Position numbers and translations under genes: made by a program. Under the pieces are notes generated by a model, which did not search any database, was not told the DNA's origin, and saw only the letters and a list, made by a program, of their open reading frames with translations. Source: Phoronis australis (taxonomy: Eukaryota > Animalia > Phoronida). From it: DNA of 64,000 nucleotides. Location: the NCBI GenBank assembly GCA_002633005.1, contig NMRA01000112.1, positions 688,659-752,658 on the forward strand, read 5' to 3'. The stretch's first letter is position 1; every line of letters starts with the position of its first letter. Positions 63,328-64,000 of this stretch are shown here, in pieces.

Positions 63328-63911
63328 CTTACTGGTTCCCTGCAGCGTGCCGCTAGGTGTTGGCCAGCACGCAGGTATCACTTAATTTTCCTCTGAAAGT
63401 TTTTTTTTCACACCGGCGTTTCTGATTGGCTGGTCGAATTCTCAACAGGCAGCGCTTTTGCAAACAAACTGGCATGACTGATGGACTGAAGTGTAAATGT
63501 GGGTTGTTGTACAGACAAATCGGTGCTTAAAATTCATGTTCAGGAAATGTGAATGCTAGAAATTGTGGTTGTGCCTTTCGGAGGGAGTGCACCTTTCTAC
63601 CGTCGATGACCTTTATTTACGATACTGTCCTGTATCCATACAGTATGAATAACACACCGGTTAAATCGGCCAGATATGTTTTTATTGTACATGTATGTGC
63701 TTCAGGCACGAGGCTATGATATATTACTGCAGAAACGAAATAGTTGCTGCTACGCCACTTGCATGACAAGGCTAAAAATCGTTCATAGCCCGCCATTTTT
63801 CACGTCGTTGTAAAGCTAACCAATGACTGCCGAGGTTACATCAACCAATGCTAAAACGCGTGCTACTGCGTGATACCTGCGTGCTGGCTAGGCACGTATG
63901 GAACCAGCGAG
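63328..63911 (-). mobile_element. 584-bp MITE, copy 2, flanked by 10-bp direct repeat GATTGATTGG
   Basis: Ends cttactggttcc / ggaaccagcgag; gattgattgg at 63318-63327 and 63912-63921; homologous to 28345-28928. Confidence 0.85.
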
Positions 63912-64000
63912 GATTGATTGGTCGATACGTACATGTATTGTCGAGGCAACCAACCTTAGTCATCCTCCAGTGTGTTTTGTGTGAAAAGTCGTCAAATATT

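Overview
AT-rich, intron-containing eukaryotic DNA, most consistent with a marine invertebrate animal (taxon is my inference). Three protein-coding genes can be assembled by hand with phase-consistent GT-AG introns. (1) A + strand Cys-loop GABA-A-type receptor subunit of the GRD/alpha-like clade, with 8 coding exons found at 13211-43923 and the signal-peptide exon not located. (2) A complete two-exon, ~848-aa 7TM receptor of the secretin/adhesion/Methuselah-like class with an SMB-like Cys-rich ectodomain, nested antisense (38216-31926) in the ~11-kb intron that splits the channel's pore helix M2. (3) A divergent sorbitol dehydrogenase-like MDR gene on the - strand, with 7 exons at 62620-55267 and the first exon not found. 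Non-coding space holds decayed mobile DNA: a CR1/L2-type LINE, several Penelope-like relics (two with minimal hammerhead ribozyme motifs, two with inverted segments), a THAP-transposon relic interrupted by a TIR element, several MITEs (one 584-bp family present twice), and tandem repeats including a ~1.4-kb 31-bp minisatellite. I saw no CRISPR, rRNA or convincing tRNA. All calls come from reading the sequence; no searches were run.
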